Of a DNA stretch of 64,000 bases, positions 41,383 to 54,237 are shown in pieces. Within the stretch, counting starts at the first letter, position 1; each line of letters starts with the position of its first letter. Below the pieces are notes generated by a model that was not told the DNA's origin, searched no databases, and saw only the letters and a program-made list of their open reading frames with translations. The DNA comes from the human T2T-CHM13v2.0 reference genome, Homo sapiens, in the NCBI RefSeq assembly GCF_009914755.1, contig NC_060940.1. One strand, 5' to 3'. The position numbers and the translations under genes were made by a program.

Positions 41383-44300
41383 ATGCTTGCTGGGGAGTCC
41401 CCAGGTTCCCACCCCATCCCCACCGCAGGGGCTTTGCCCCGCCACCTGGGCTGCACCCTCAGGGCTCCGGGTGGTTGCCGGCCTTCAGCTCTGGAGAGGG
41501 AGGTGACCAGTCTGGGGACCGCTTCAGACAACAGCGCAACCTCACGTCCTGGCCTGGCCTTGCTGTGACCCTTTGGCCAGTGGCTGTATCTGGGGCCTCT
41601 GTTTCTCTCTTGAAGGAGGAGCTTGATGAGAACACCTCCTTCCCGGCTGTTGTGTGGGGTGCAGGCTGGGAAGGGCTGTCCTAGGGACACGTCTGTGAGG
41701 GACTTTGCTGCCTCTGGAGCTGCCGGTTGCATTATTGATATTTTGCCAAAAGCCCTGAGGGTTGGACGTTAAGCAGAGTCCCGCTGGCCCTCCCCTCCTT
41801 CAGGCGTTAGGTTTTGAAGGGAGGAGGGACTCTGCCTGAGTGTGCCACGCCCTGGACTGGGCTGGCCTCACACCCCAGCCCCGGCTGTCCTCTTCTTGCC
41901 CGGAGATCTGACCCACTGCTAAGATCATCGTTGGCACTGGCCAACCCATTTTACAGGAGAGAAACGGAGGCCCTGGAGGCGTGACATGTGTGAGGTTATG
42001 TGACGTGGGAGCTGGGGCCGTGGACCCTGGGGGTGGGCCCAGGTTTCTCTGGGCACTGCCCACTCAGCACCCCCAGGCCACCAGCCCTACTGCATCGGCC
42101 GGCGGCCTCCCCATCTCCTCCTCCCTCCCCAGCTGCCTTGTGTTTTGGGGGAAGGCAGTGGTCCTGCTGAGGCAGGAATGTGGTGGCTGATCTTGGGCAG
42201 AGCCGCGTGAGCAGATAAGCAGGCCCCTCCCCTCAGCCTCCTGTGCCTCCGTCTGCTTCCCCAGCTTCCCCTGGGCTGCTGGCTGTGGTCTTGGGAGCCT
42301 CAGCTTCCCCGGCTGTGAAATGGGTGTTGGGGGCTGGTGGGCAGCTTCCGAGAGCTCAGGCCCTGACTCCCCTGGTTCCCTCAGTTCCCCACCTGGAGCT
42401 GAAGTGAGCCCGGCGTGCTGAGGGCTCCTGTCTGCTAAGTGCCTTACGGGCATCCCCGTTCTGCCCTTCTCCAGACACCACTTAGCTTTGGGTTCTCCAC
42501 CCATTTCGCACGTGAGAAAATCGGGGGTCAGAGAGGGTGGGTGGCTGCGCTAGAGTCTCACAGCACACAGTGGTGCTCTGGCTGTGGAGGCAGCGGCAGG
42601 GCAGGGTGACCCTGCTGTGCCTAGGACCTGCATGGCTGCCTGTGCCTAGGACCTCCTGGACTGTCAGGGGTGTGGCTTCCTGAGAAGGAGAGGGCAGCCA
42701 CCGCGGGCTTCCGGGTTGTTCCGGGAGCTTCCCTGTGGGCCGCCATGGTTGGAATCCTGGAGTGGAGAATCCTAGACCCTCTGTCATTATAGGGAGGTTA
42801 CCTTGCTTCTCCAAGCCTCAGTCTCCATCTCTGCAAAGTGGGGGTATCGTAAGGCACCAGGCTGGGCTCCAGGGTTGCCCGGTCTTCGTGCAAGTCACTC
42901 AGCCACCCTGAGCCTCAGTTTCCCCACTATAAAATGGAGCAGTGATGCTCACCTCACGGGGCTGTGAGGAGCGATGCCACCCAACACGGGAGGTGCAGCC
43001 CGGGCCAGGGCCCCCTGTGGTCTGTAACAAAATCCACACAAACAGGGCAGGGGCCCCCCTCCCCTCCCCAGGTTGCTGACGTCCCTCAGGTGTCTCTGTC
43101 ACGGCTGGCCTTGCGTGGGCCCACTCCTTCCCACTTCCTTCTGGGCACCTGCACCCATCACCGCCTCCTGCCCCAACTTCCCTTTTTTCCATCAAGCTCC
43201 CACTTCCCAAGTCAGACCCAGGGAGCAGGAGCGGAGGAGGCCCCAGGGCCAGGTGGTCGTGGCTCCTTCCCGAAGTGATGCATGAGGAAAGACCTGCTGG
43301 GTAGTCCTCCGGGGACAGGGGACAGGGCCTCACGGTTGATGGCGCATCTATCCTGGACATCCTCAGCCCCCAGTGAGGGACCAGGTGCCTGCAGCTGCCC
43401 CCTCAGCCTCTCTTGGGGTTCCTCTGGCAGCAGGCGCCCAGACCCTCGTGATGGGAGGGGAAGCCAAGACTCAGAGCCATCAGTGGCCACAGGGCCCTCC
43501 CCCGGATGTGACCCCAGGACCTAAGCCGCTCTCCACACTCAGCCCCCAGGTTCACCGGTGTCACAGCACCTACTGGGCATTTACTAGGCCCCTGCCTCGC
43601 ACTAGGCCACCGTGCCCAGGATTTGATAGACGTGGCCTCACGTCCTTCTCCCGGCAGCCTTTGAAGGAGGCCCAGTGTGCAGATGGGGAAACTGACGCTT
43701 AGAGAGTTTCAAGGTCAGCCCCAGCCCCGGAGCTTGAGCTCCTAGATCTGGGCGGGGAAACCACCCGGCAAATATTTTGAGGAGGGAACGAGAGGAGGGC
43801 AGCAGTGGTGGTTTTCATAGGAGACCTTTCCCTGCTCCCGCTGGGCCAGGGGACGCCCGTCTTCAGGCTGAGGAAACTGAGGCCTTCCTGTGTCTCTAGG
43901 CAGATCCAGCTCTGGCCTCAAAACTGTGTCCTCTGGCTGTGTGACCCTGAGCAAGTCCCTTCCCTGCTCTGGGCCAAGGTGGCCACTGCAGGGCCTTAGA
44001 AATGTAGGAAAGAGATCAGAGCCACGGCTAGACCTGGCACACGTAGGGCAGGGCCAGCCCTGGGCACTTCCAGGAAGTCCCAGACCATGGGATGGGGCTC
44101 CAGCCAGCCAGGAGCCCTTGATCGAGGTGTTTGTTCTATACCCCGTGGTCCATCGGTCAATCCTTGGGGGCTGGAAGGAATGGATTGGAGGCTCCTTCTT
44201 CCCAGTGGACAGAGGTGCTCTGTTTAGGGCCTGGGTGCCGCGTCTCAAGGAAGGGCCCTGAGGAGAGGTGAGCAGCCCCTCAAAATTTAAGGGTGCACTG

Positions 44301-44851
44301 AGCACACCTGGGCCCGAGGGGCCGAGGCATGTGAGCCGTGCCTAAGGTTGAGACCCACAGGGGCAGGGCCCCCAGGTGCCCCCAGGCTGCCTGTTTATGA
44401 CTGATAGTTCCCGACTCCAGGCCTGGGCCCTGGATATGCTCCCAGAGGGGACGGGACACCCTGCAAGTCCCAAGGCAGGAGGACGGGGTGTTTGCACCTC
44501 AGTCCTGCTGCTGTCCCCAACACCACCTACCGTCTTTCCACTTCGTGGGCCTGGAACAGCTCAGGAAGGCTTGGGACTACCCCAGCCTTCTTGGGACCTT
44601 GAGGCAGTCAGCCTCAGTTTCCCCCATTGCTCATAGGCCCACACCCAGCTCCACCAAAACCAAACATTTTCCCAGAAAGCAGAGAGACCCCCTACCCCCG
44701 CCATGGCAATGGTCGGTGGGCACCCAGGCCCTCTGGGGCCCTGGCTCAAGCCGATCATTCCCATACCCTTCCAGCTCTACAGGCTGCGGCCTGGTCCGCC
44801 CTGCACTGTCTCCTGGTCCGGGCCTCTGGCGGGCACAGGTTTCAGCTCCTG

Positions 44852-45099
44852 CGATAACTGGGAAAGTTGAACTGGCCCCATTACTGCGCCAAGATGGTGA
44901 GTGAGATACAGCCTTGATAATGGAGGAGATACCAGCTTCTCGGTGGCCAATAGCCCAGCCTCTCCACCCATTAACATTCCCCACCAGCGATCCGCTGCCT
45001 ATCTCGTCCATTTCCACTCCTCCCGAAGATAAGAATGGAAATTCTGACTTCATAGCTCACTGATTAAAGTGTCTGGATTTCTTGATAATACATAGATAA
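44852..45099. promoter_or_regulatory. GATA cluster (intronic enhancer candidate)
   Basis: CGATAA 44852, TGATAA 44915, CTATCT 44999, AGATAA 45027, TGATAA 45083, AGATAA 45094. Confidence 0.7.
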
Positions 45100-47933
45100 A
45101 TTATGTTTTTGAAAAAGAAGGTAGGGAGGAGGGTGAGGAGGATGGGGGCCTGGGGTGGGTGGGAGCCCTTGGCCGTTTCTCCCAGCCTCTTTTGGCCCCT
45201 GGGCCAGACCATGAACCACAGAGCATCCGGCCTACACCGCAGCGGCCTCTGCACAGACCCCGTGTCCGGAGGTGCAGAGTTAGCTCACAGCAGGGCCCGG
45301 GCTGGGGAGACACAGGCAGGGCGCAGCGTCTGCTCAGAAGACAAACAGCAGAAACATGTCATAATGCTGGAAACAGGCTGGTGCTGGGAGCTAGTAACCG
45401 TGGCCCACAGGCCTGCGGGGAAGCCCTCTGTCGGGGAAGTGCCCCTCCCAGCAGCCTGGTGGTGGGCAAAGGGTGGAGGAAAAGCCAGAAGTCTGGGCCT
45501 GGCTGGCTGCGCCTGTCTTGGGCCATGTCTCTGTGCCTCAGTTTCCCCACCTGTCAAATGAGTGGGAGCACGGGGCCCTCCTCACAGCCTTGACAGCAAT
45601 GCAATGCCCCAGGGTGGGCATTTCGCCTGTGTGGATCCCTGGTGTCCCCCTGGTGCCTAGAACAGTGCCCGGTTATACAGTAGGTACTTAATAAATGTGG
45701 AGGGCCCAGGCAGAGTCCCATTGGCCAGCTGGGGAGGGGGAGGGGCTTGCCTGCATTGAGAAACCCTGTGTGCTCCCCGGCTTGGCTCCCACCCTGTCCC
45801 CAGCCATCCCTGGCCCTGCTGCTGCACCTGACAGCTGCGCCCAGATGGGACTCAGGTGCCATCGCGGCGTCTGTCTGGATAAAGCCGCCTCCTTCAGCTG
45901 ATCCGAGATCCGGCGCTGATGGAGCGATTAGCGGCGATTAGAGCCCGGCGTGCGGCTAATCCTCCTGCTGAGGGACAGGTGAAGCAGCCATAGGGGTGGA
46001 GGAGGGACAGGTGAAGCAGCCATGGGGTGGAGGGTGCCAAGGGGCCCGCCGTGCACGGGGGAAACCAAGGCCACGCAGCTACGATGTCTCCTTGAGGCAG
46101 TGGCCCGGCCGCTCCCTCGCTGGCAGAAAGGCTTCCTGTGGAGCCGCCTGGGCTCCCAGTGGGTGCAGGCCAGCTTGCCATTTCCCCCTTCCTGGATTTT
46201 ATATTTTGAGTGACTCTTGAGAAATGAGATCCTCTGGGAACCCAAAGGCAGGATCCCTGGGGCGGTGTGGATGGTGACATTTCTGGGTGGTTCTGGGACC
46301 CCCAGTTGTAGTGATCCTGATGGCGGCCGTGGTTAGACAACAGCTCCGTTACCCAGCCCCGGCAGTTCTGGCATGGAGTACTCTGCAGCCCTGGGAGGGG
46401 CGCCTATGACCTCATTCTCCTCAGAGAACTGAAGGCTCAGCGAGGTTGAGTAACTCACCCAAGATCACACAGCATGAAGAGAACAGAAGGGACCCTGGCT
46501 TCTGGCTTAGAGTCTAGCCGAGGTCAGAGTCTCCATCCTGGCTGGAGGTTCTGGGGTGTTTGCAGTGGGGGGCAGCCCACGAGCCTCCCAGGGGGCTCAC
46601 CCGTACCTTTCAGGGAGAAAGGCCAAGCACAGAAAGGGCAGGGGACGGCTGAGGGCCGCACAGCCCATCCTGGCAGTGGGAGGGGATGGGCGGAGGCTGG
46701 CCTGCCTCTATTCTTGTTTCTTGGGTTCATTTCATCTGTCCCCAGAAAATAAGCTCCTTTGGTGAGAAAGTTGGTTTCTTTCTAACTTTTGGGTTTGGTT
46801 TTGTTTCAATATTCTAAAAGGAAGTCAGCTATTTCCAGTGCAGTGGGGTGTGTATGTGGGGGAGGGGGGTAAATGTCAGCTCCAGTGACCAGCGTTTAAA
46901 TCCTGCCCCCTGGCCGGCAGCCTCTCAGTTTCCTCACTTGTATCATGGGCATGATCACAGTTCCAGCCTCCTTGGCCTTTGAGGAATTAGGGCAGAAGTG
47001 GGTAAAGCATCTGGGGCCCTTGTGCGGCAGGGCTCAGTGAACCCCAAAACGGCGGTGGTATTAATGGGGGGACACGAGCCGGGGCGAGGGTCCCTGGGGT
47101 GGGGCCACCTCTCCAAAGCCCTCTCTGCCCGCAGCCCACCCTCCCTGAATCCTACTGGCATTCTTCCTGCACGGTTTTCCGCCAACGGCTACAGTGTGCC
47201 GATGACCTCAGTGATGTCACCTAGGGCCTCGTCCCATCACACAGCGGCCAGAGTGGCTCCAGAACATTTGTCCCTGTGATCCAAGAGTCTACCCCTTGTC
47301 AGTCCCCCATAGTTGCCACAGTCACCCAGACCAGGAGCCGCAGCAAACAAGCAGGGGGTACAGCATCTGTCCCCATGGCCCTGGTTCTCACACACATCCC
47401 AGAGTCTCAGGTCTCAGTTTCCTCATCTGTCAAATAGGGCCGACACCGCTAAGCCTGCCCTGCAGGCCATGGCCAACCCCCCTGAGGTCTCCCCACCCCT
47501 CCCAGCGGTGCCCACCCAGGGCTTCTCGAGGAAGGAGCTCAGCACCCGCCCCAGTGACACTTCACTTCTCTGGGCTTTGCTGCCTTTTCCTATAAAATGG
47601 GGTGCCAGTCGCCCTCTCAGAGTCCTTTCAAGGAGCTGATGGTGTAGACCACGAGACCTGCCTTGCAGGGCACATGCGCAGCTGCTCCTGTCATGCTGGG
47701 ACCTCCGGACCCCGGGCCTCGCAGCTGCCTTGGATCCCCTCCCTCCTCCAGTCACGGGCTCTGGGCTGGCTGCTGGGCGTGTTGGGCACAGCGGGCCCTA
47801 AGCTGACCCGTGCCCTTTGTGGCTGGGACCTGAGATGGGGAGGCCCCCACCCCCTAGTTCCATGGCTTTGGGAGGTGGGGGTGGGGTGTTTTCTACTCTA
47901 CCACCCTACAACGAAAAAGAAGAAAAGAGAACT

Positions 47934-48030
47934 TGATAAAAAAGGGCGATGCGTGCTGTGCGGTGGAGGAGGTGCTATCGCCGTTATCTATCTGCTTGCT
48001 CGAGCTGAGCGGCCCCCCTTCCCCTTATCT
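47934..48030. promoter_or_regulatory. GATA/RUNX cluster
   Basis: TGATAA 47934, TGCGGT 47959, overlapping TTATCTATCT 47984-47993, TTATCT 48025. Confidence 0.65.
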
Positions 48031-48081
48031 CACCCCACCCTAATGCCAGGAACAAAAGTGAGAACACACTCTCAACCCGCA

Positions 48082-48360
48082 CACCCGCGAGCCCCCCACC
48101 GCCCCTCACACACCCGCGAGCCCACCGCCCCTCACGCCCCCGCGAGCCCACCGCCCCGACCCACCCGCGAGCCCACCGGCCGCTGACGCACCTGCGAGCC
48201 CACCGCCCCTCACGCACCCGCGAGCCCACTGCCCCTGACCCACCCGCGAGCCCACAGGCCCTGACGCACCCGCGAGCCCACCGCCCCTCAAGCACCCGCG
48301 AGCCCACCGCCCCTCAAGCACCCGCGAGCCCACCGTCCCGACGCACCCGCGAGCCCACTG
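48082..48360 (+). repeat. CpG-rich ~26-bp VNTR x~11 (cacccgcgagcccaccgcccctca..)
   Basis: Repeated cgcgagccc cores read directly. Confidence 0.93.
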
Positions 48361-49005
48361 CCTGCGGCGCACAGAGCCACCAGATCTAGAGGGAGAGCTG
48401 AGCACTCGGGGTGCTCTGAAAGTCATCATCATCATCATTTTGCAAAGAAAGCCCCCAAATAGCCCTCCCTGAAACAAGGCAGCCAAAAATAAGAAGTCGC
48501 TCTCAACAGGCCCCCACAGGAGAAAAGAGGCCGGCCTTGGAGAGGGGTTGGGACTTGGGGCCAGGTCCCAGCTGTGCCGGCCTCTTGGCTGTACGACCTT
48601 GGACCAGTATCTTTCCCACTCAGAGTCATCCCTGAATGGATGTCAGGGAGCCTTCGAGGAAAGGGGAGAGCCTGCACTGTAACTGAAGCCCCCCACCAGC
48701 CCCATGCAGCTTTCTGACCCTAGACTTGGGGCTGGGACCAGTCACCCAGAATCTGATACCCCCAGGGCCCCGCCCCCCAGAGCCCCACCCCCATGGCCAG
48801 GGCACCACTGTCCTAACCAGCCTGTTGGCAGCCAATGGAAATGGGGTATGCAAATGAGCAGGGGTGAGGCCCAGGGATTGGCTGAGCTGCTGTGTGGGGG
48901 CAGGGCCTCCTCCAGGGGCTGCCCTTGACCTGGGGGAGTAGTTCCCATCCTGGACCCTGCCCCAGGACGGGAGACCTCTGCCACCACCACCACCGGCTCT
49001 GGAAG

Positions 49006-49119
49006 GGCCCGCCTTTTAGGGGCCTCGCTGTCTGGGCACAGGCGGATGGACAGGCTGGCCTCTGGATGACCTGCCAACCGTCAGAGCCCAGACCCACGTG
49101 GCCTCAGTTGGGGACCAGG
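49006..49119 (+). ncRNA. MIR5189: microRNA 5189 precursor (intronic)
   Basis: Matches recalled miR-5189-5p TCTGGGCACAGGCGGATGGACAGG (49031-49054) and 3p TGCCAACCGTCAGAGCCCAGA (49072-49092); arms pair (tctgggc/gcccaga). Confidence 0.85.
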
Positions 49120-50567
49120 ACCCAGGAGTTCCCGAGAGGAGTGCAGCCAGCAGCCACTCCCAGATGGGAACAGCGAGTTTCACAACCCGGCAGGGACGGC
49201 CCTGGGGCCAGCCAGCCTCCCACCCCCATGTCTGGGCCCACTCCAGACCCTCCTGCAGGCTGCCCCCCACCGCTCCACCCTCTCCCCGCGCTGACTTCCA
49301 TCCGGAACCTCATTCTGCCAAGCTTCTGAAGTGCCGGCCGGGCCAGGGACGTGGCACCATCTTAATGAATGACAGTCCCAACCCCTTTGCCCACCCTCAG
49401 CCTCCCCATCTGTAAAACCGGAAGGCGGTCTAGTAGGTCTGCCTCCCAGGATGGTTTCTGGGCTCTTCAGCAAGCCCCTTGCCGGCCTGGGCCTCAGTTT
49501 CCCCTTCCACACCATGAGGCTGAGGTGGCAGGTTCTCTGGGGGTCCTCCTGTCTGTGGCTGTGGCATAGCCTGGAAACCTGGGGTCTTCCAGATTTCCCA
49601 TTGTCAGAAATTCATGTGCCAGGAGACCATGTCTACAGGGGGCTTAGGACACCTTAGGGGGCATGCACCTGTGTTCTGCATCCACCCACACTGCACAGTG
49701 GGTCTTGCTGGCAAGACCAGGATGAGGCAGGCTCCGCCGGCCTGAGACCTGGCTGGAGGCCCTGTCAGCTCCCACGGCACCTGAAAATCAGCCACAGGTG
49801 TGGGTGTTTGTCAAAAATGTGTAAGTGGAAAATAGTGGCGGGGCGAGGAGAGAAAGAGTCTGGGCTGAGATCTAAGGAGAGGAAGTAGGGAGGGGCCGTC
49901 CGACCAGAACCAGACATCACCTTGGCCAGGGCCCCACCCCCTAACGTGGGGTGCAGTGCCTCTCACGTGGTGAGGGTCAGAGGTGCGTGCCCAGCCCAGA
50001 GGATCTCCCCACGCAGCCCTCCCAGTCTGCAGAGGGGTCTCCACACATGCAGGCAGCTCTGTCCTCTCCCAGGACAGCTTGGGGCATACAGTAGGTGCTC
50101 CATAAATACTCCCCAGCTGATTTCTGGATCTGCTCCCTGTGCCTGGCTGTGTCCCCAGAGGCAAAGCAAGCAGAAGGAAAAAGGAAACGGAGAAAAAGCC
50201 AGGGCCTCCAGAGCCAGCATTGTCCTGGGCAAAGGCCCCTCCCGTGTAGGAGCATCGCCTGTGGAGAGCCACGGTCCTTGTCCCTGTGCTGGGGCTGTGA
50301 CTCACTCCTGCGGGGTCCTTGCTGTCAGGGCCACCCCACCTGTCCTGGGGACAGGGCTGCTGGACGGGTTGGGGCGGGCAGCCTCTGGATGCCCACGGGT
50401 GTCCCCTGTACTCTCCAAACCTGTACTGAGTGCCTGCTGTGTGCTGGGCATGGTCCAGGGACCCCAGGTGACCTCATGGAACCCCAGCCTAACGAGGGAG
50501 AGTGAACACAGGGGTCTGACGTGCTCTGTGGCAGAACCACTGGGGAGGCTGTTGTTGGGGGACTGGT

Positions 50568-50966
50568 GGTGTGGAGGGCCGGGTGGTGACACTCAGTGAC
50601 AGGTGAGGATGTGGCACGGTGTGGAGGGCCGGGTGGTGACGCTGAGTGACAGGTGAGGATGTGGCACGGTGTGGAGGGCCGGGTGGTGACGCTGAGTGAC
50701 AGGTGAGGATGTGGCACGGTGTGGAGGGCCGGGTGGTGACGCTGAGTGACAGGTGAGGATGTGGCACGGTGTGGAGGGCCGGGTGGTGACGCTGAGTGAC
50801 AGGTGAGGATGTGGCACGGTGTGGAGGGCCGGGTGGTGACGCTGAGTGACAGGTGAGGATGTGGCACGGTGTGGAGGGCCGGGTGGTGACGCTGAGTGAC
50901 AGGTGAGGATGTGGCACGGTGTGGAGGGCCGGGTGGTGACGCTGAGTGACAGGTGAGGATGTGGCA
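50568..50966 (+). repeat. 50-bp minisatellite x8, near-perfect
   Basis: gtggagggccgggtggtgacgctgagtgacaggtgaggatgtggcacggt every 50 bp from 50571 to 50921. Confidence 0.98.
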
Positions 50967-51419
50967 TAGGGAAACACATCCTCGCCGAGCGCACAGTGGG
51001 AGCTCCGAGCAGGGGATGAGGTCGTCCAGGAAGGGGCGGGAGACGCAGCGTGACGCACTGACCCAGGGCCCAGCTCAGATGCCAGTACCTCACCCGGTGG
51101 GGTCCAGCCTCCGCGACAGGCATTCCCTTCCCCGTGTGCCCTTGCCAACTACATACTGGGCTGCCCAGAGGCTGCCTTCTGAAGGAGCGAGGGGGCCGGG
51201 AGGAGGAAAGCCCAGCTCCCCTGCAGCCATGATAGATAGACCAGACTTTTCCTCTCCACTTACTCCGCCCTGACCGCGATGGGCACTGAGAATTCAGACA
51301 AGAGCCGGACTCCCTGAGCTCCCAACCAGCTGACCCTCCAGGGCTGCAGCCATGTGTGACCTCCACCCTCGCGAAGGCCAGCGGCCGCAGGGTCTGGCTT
51401 GGGCTATAGCATCTAGGCT

Positions 51420-51778
51420 CTGAGATGACTGTGTCCGTGGCGGCTCCCGCTCACAGTTCAGGACCCCGAGATGACCGTGCCCACAGTGGCTCCCACGCAT
51501 AGTGGGGGGGCCAAGACCCCAAGATGACCATGGCTGCGGTGGCTCCTGCTCACAGTGGGGGATGCCAGGACCCCGAGACGACCATGCCCACAGTGGCTCC
51601 CACGCATAGTGGAGGGGCCAAGACCCCAAGATGACCATGGCTGCGGTGGCTCCTGCTCACAGTGGGGGACGCCAGGACCCCGAGATGATCGTGGCTGTAG
51701 CGGCTCCCACTCACAGAGGTGGGGTCAGGGCCCCAAGATGACCGTGGCCGCGGTGGCTCCCACACACAGTGGAGGGGT
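51420..51778 (+). repeat. Degenerate ~53-54-bp tandem repeat with 107-bp dimer periodicity
   Basis: gtggctcccacgcatagtgg at 51486 and 51593; recurring ccccRagatgacc. Confidence 0.85.
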
Positions 51779-52443
51779 CAGGGCTCCCGGCTCTAAAGCC
51801 ACATGGCCTGGGCATGAATTCCTGCCCACCACTTACTCACACTGGGATCTGCCACAGACACCTGAGCCTGTGACTAAGACTAAGGCTGTGTGTCCATCTC
51901 TGTGAAATCGGGGCGAGGCCCCCGCGGGCTGGGAGGGCTCTGGGCCTCCGGCTGGCTGTGCACCATGTTCCACTGGGTTATTCCTGAGGGGACCTGCAGG
52001 TCCGCAAGAGCCTTGGGTGGGCCGGGGCAGGGGCCGTGTGGTCTGCAGGGAGTGGAGCCAGAAGCCTGGGCCTCCCCGGTAGGAGCCCGGCAGGGCCAAA
52101 CCCTGATGGGCAGCGGAAGTCTGTTGGGGCCACTCTCAGGACAGGTCACCTCAGCTGGGCTCCCACCACCCATGGCCGCCGGTAACCCCACCCCATCTGT
52201 GGACCCAGTTCGTGGAGGGGGCGCAGGGCTGAACCCCAGCGAGCCCCAGCCTCAGTGTCCACACCCACAAGTGGCTGGAGGCACGGTGGTGGGCAGGGCA
52301 GGTGCCCACAGGGTGGGGCACACAGGCAGGGATGTGCCAGCTCTGCGCCTCGGTCCCAGGAGAAAGGGAAGAGGCACCAGAGCGCCTGCTGCCACCACAG
52401 CACAGAGAGGGTGGCATTTCCTGCTTTTTTGTTTGAATTTTCT

Positions 52444-52739
<296 letters not shown>

Positions 52740-53746
52740 TGAATTTTCTATTTTTTATTGTGGTAAAGTGTACATCACATTTACCATATTAACCCTTTCC
52801 CGTGTACAGCTCAGGACACAAGTGCATTCGGTGCTGGGAACCCAGCAGCAGTGGGTCCCCATAACTCCACGCCCTCCCGGCACAGGCTCTCCCTGATGGT
52901 GGCTCCCACCCTTGCCCCAGCCCCACTCCAGCATCCTAGGCTCCGCCTCTGTGGGTTGGAGGCTGATGTGTTAACTCCTGGTTTCAGGCGGGGCAGCAGG
53001 CCCAGGGCAGGCCTGCATCACAGAGCTCAGAGCTCTAGCGCCCCACAAGCTTCCAGGACGCCGCAGCCCTGGACCCCACCAGGACGAGGGGCCAGCTGGG
53101 CAGGAGGTCTGGGCGCAGGCCCTGCGGCGCTGCCGTCCCCCGTGGGACCGGGCAGCCTCCGTTTCTGCAGCTGTGCGGTGGGAGCAGTTGCTTTGCTGCC
53201 TGAGACCCTGGAACGAGGAAAAGGCTGAACTGAGCCAGAGGGCGTGACTTCTTCCTTTCTGAAAGGCATCTGAGGGTCTGGACACTAGGGTCCCCAGGTC
53301 TGGGGTGAATCCTGCTCCTGGCCCCCGGGAATCTCCGGGATGGCCCACTTGGAAGAGGATGGCAGGAACCACCCACCCTTGGGCTGTGGTTGGATGCTGT
53401 GAATGAAAGCCTGGAGTCTCCTGGGCTTGTGAGCTCACCCACCGACCCTCAGGCCTCAGCCCAGCTGTACAGCCACTGATGAGGGGCCCCTCTCACCATG
53501 GCCTTGAGGGCGGGGTGAGGTGAACCCACAGGCCTGTCCTCGAGGGCCGCAGGGCGGGAGGAGGGTCGGCTGCTAGGGAGGGCCATGACGGCCCCGCTGC
53601 CCCGGGGTCTGGGTGCTGCGCCCCACTTCTCCCATGGCCGGGCCCATCCTGGGGGACCCCTGCTCCCTTCCAGGGAGCCAGCTGCCTCCACCCATCTGAC
53701 GCAGGCTGCGCGGCGATGGCTCCGTGAGCCGCGGCCCCCGCCCCAT

Positions 53747-54237
53747 CTATCAGCCCTTATCACCCATCTGGGGAGGGGGGTCGCTCCCCAGCCCAGATTC
53801 TCGGGGCCGTGCTGGGACCTCTCCTCCTCCCTGGGCCTCCGGCGGGCTTGCAGCCGCGTGCGTGGCCTCAGCCACCCTGCCACACATATGGCCTGACCCC
53901 ATCCTCACCTTCACCCTGTGCGGTGGTCCTTGCCCGCCACGGCCCCACGCGGCCTCGCCACCCCCACCCACATCCCATCCCTGGGCACCCCCTCGGCTCT
54001 TCCGCAAGGGGTTTAGTAATCGGTTCTCCGGAGTGAAGCAATCTCATGTAATCTATCAGTGGCTATCAGGCCCATCGGAGGGCCGGGAGTGGCCGGGCCC
54101 AGAGATGGCGCCAACCTTCAGCGTCGATAAAGTTTCCGAGTTCAGCGGTGATGAATGTTGAGTAAGCGCAGGCCGCACCGATAGGATGTGGACTTGGCAG
54201 GCGGCGGCTCCGGCTGAAACCAATCTCTCCCCTATCA
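53747..54237. promoter_or_regulatory. GATA/E-box cluster in a CpG-rich patch (intronic enhancer candidate)
   Basis: CTATCA 53747, TTATCA 53757, CATCTG 53765, CTATCA 54053 and 54063, CGATAA 54125, CTATCA 54232. Confidence 0.7.

Noticed and set aside
40652-41732. Repetitive ORFs of 140-290 aa
   Set aside because: VNTR translations
48082-48360. BANP (TCTCGCGAGA) motif array in the VNTR
   Set aside because: Only a partial match (CCCGCGAGC); the palindromic flanks are missing
50568-50966. CRISPR-like regular repeat array (also 23639-23872)
   Set aside because: Head-to-tail units without unique spacers, no cas genes, human context: minisatellites
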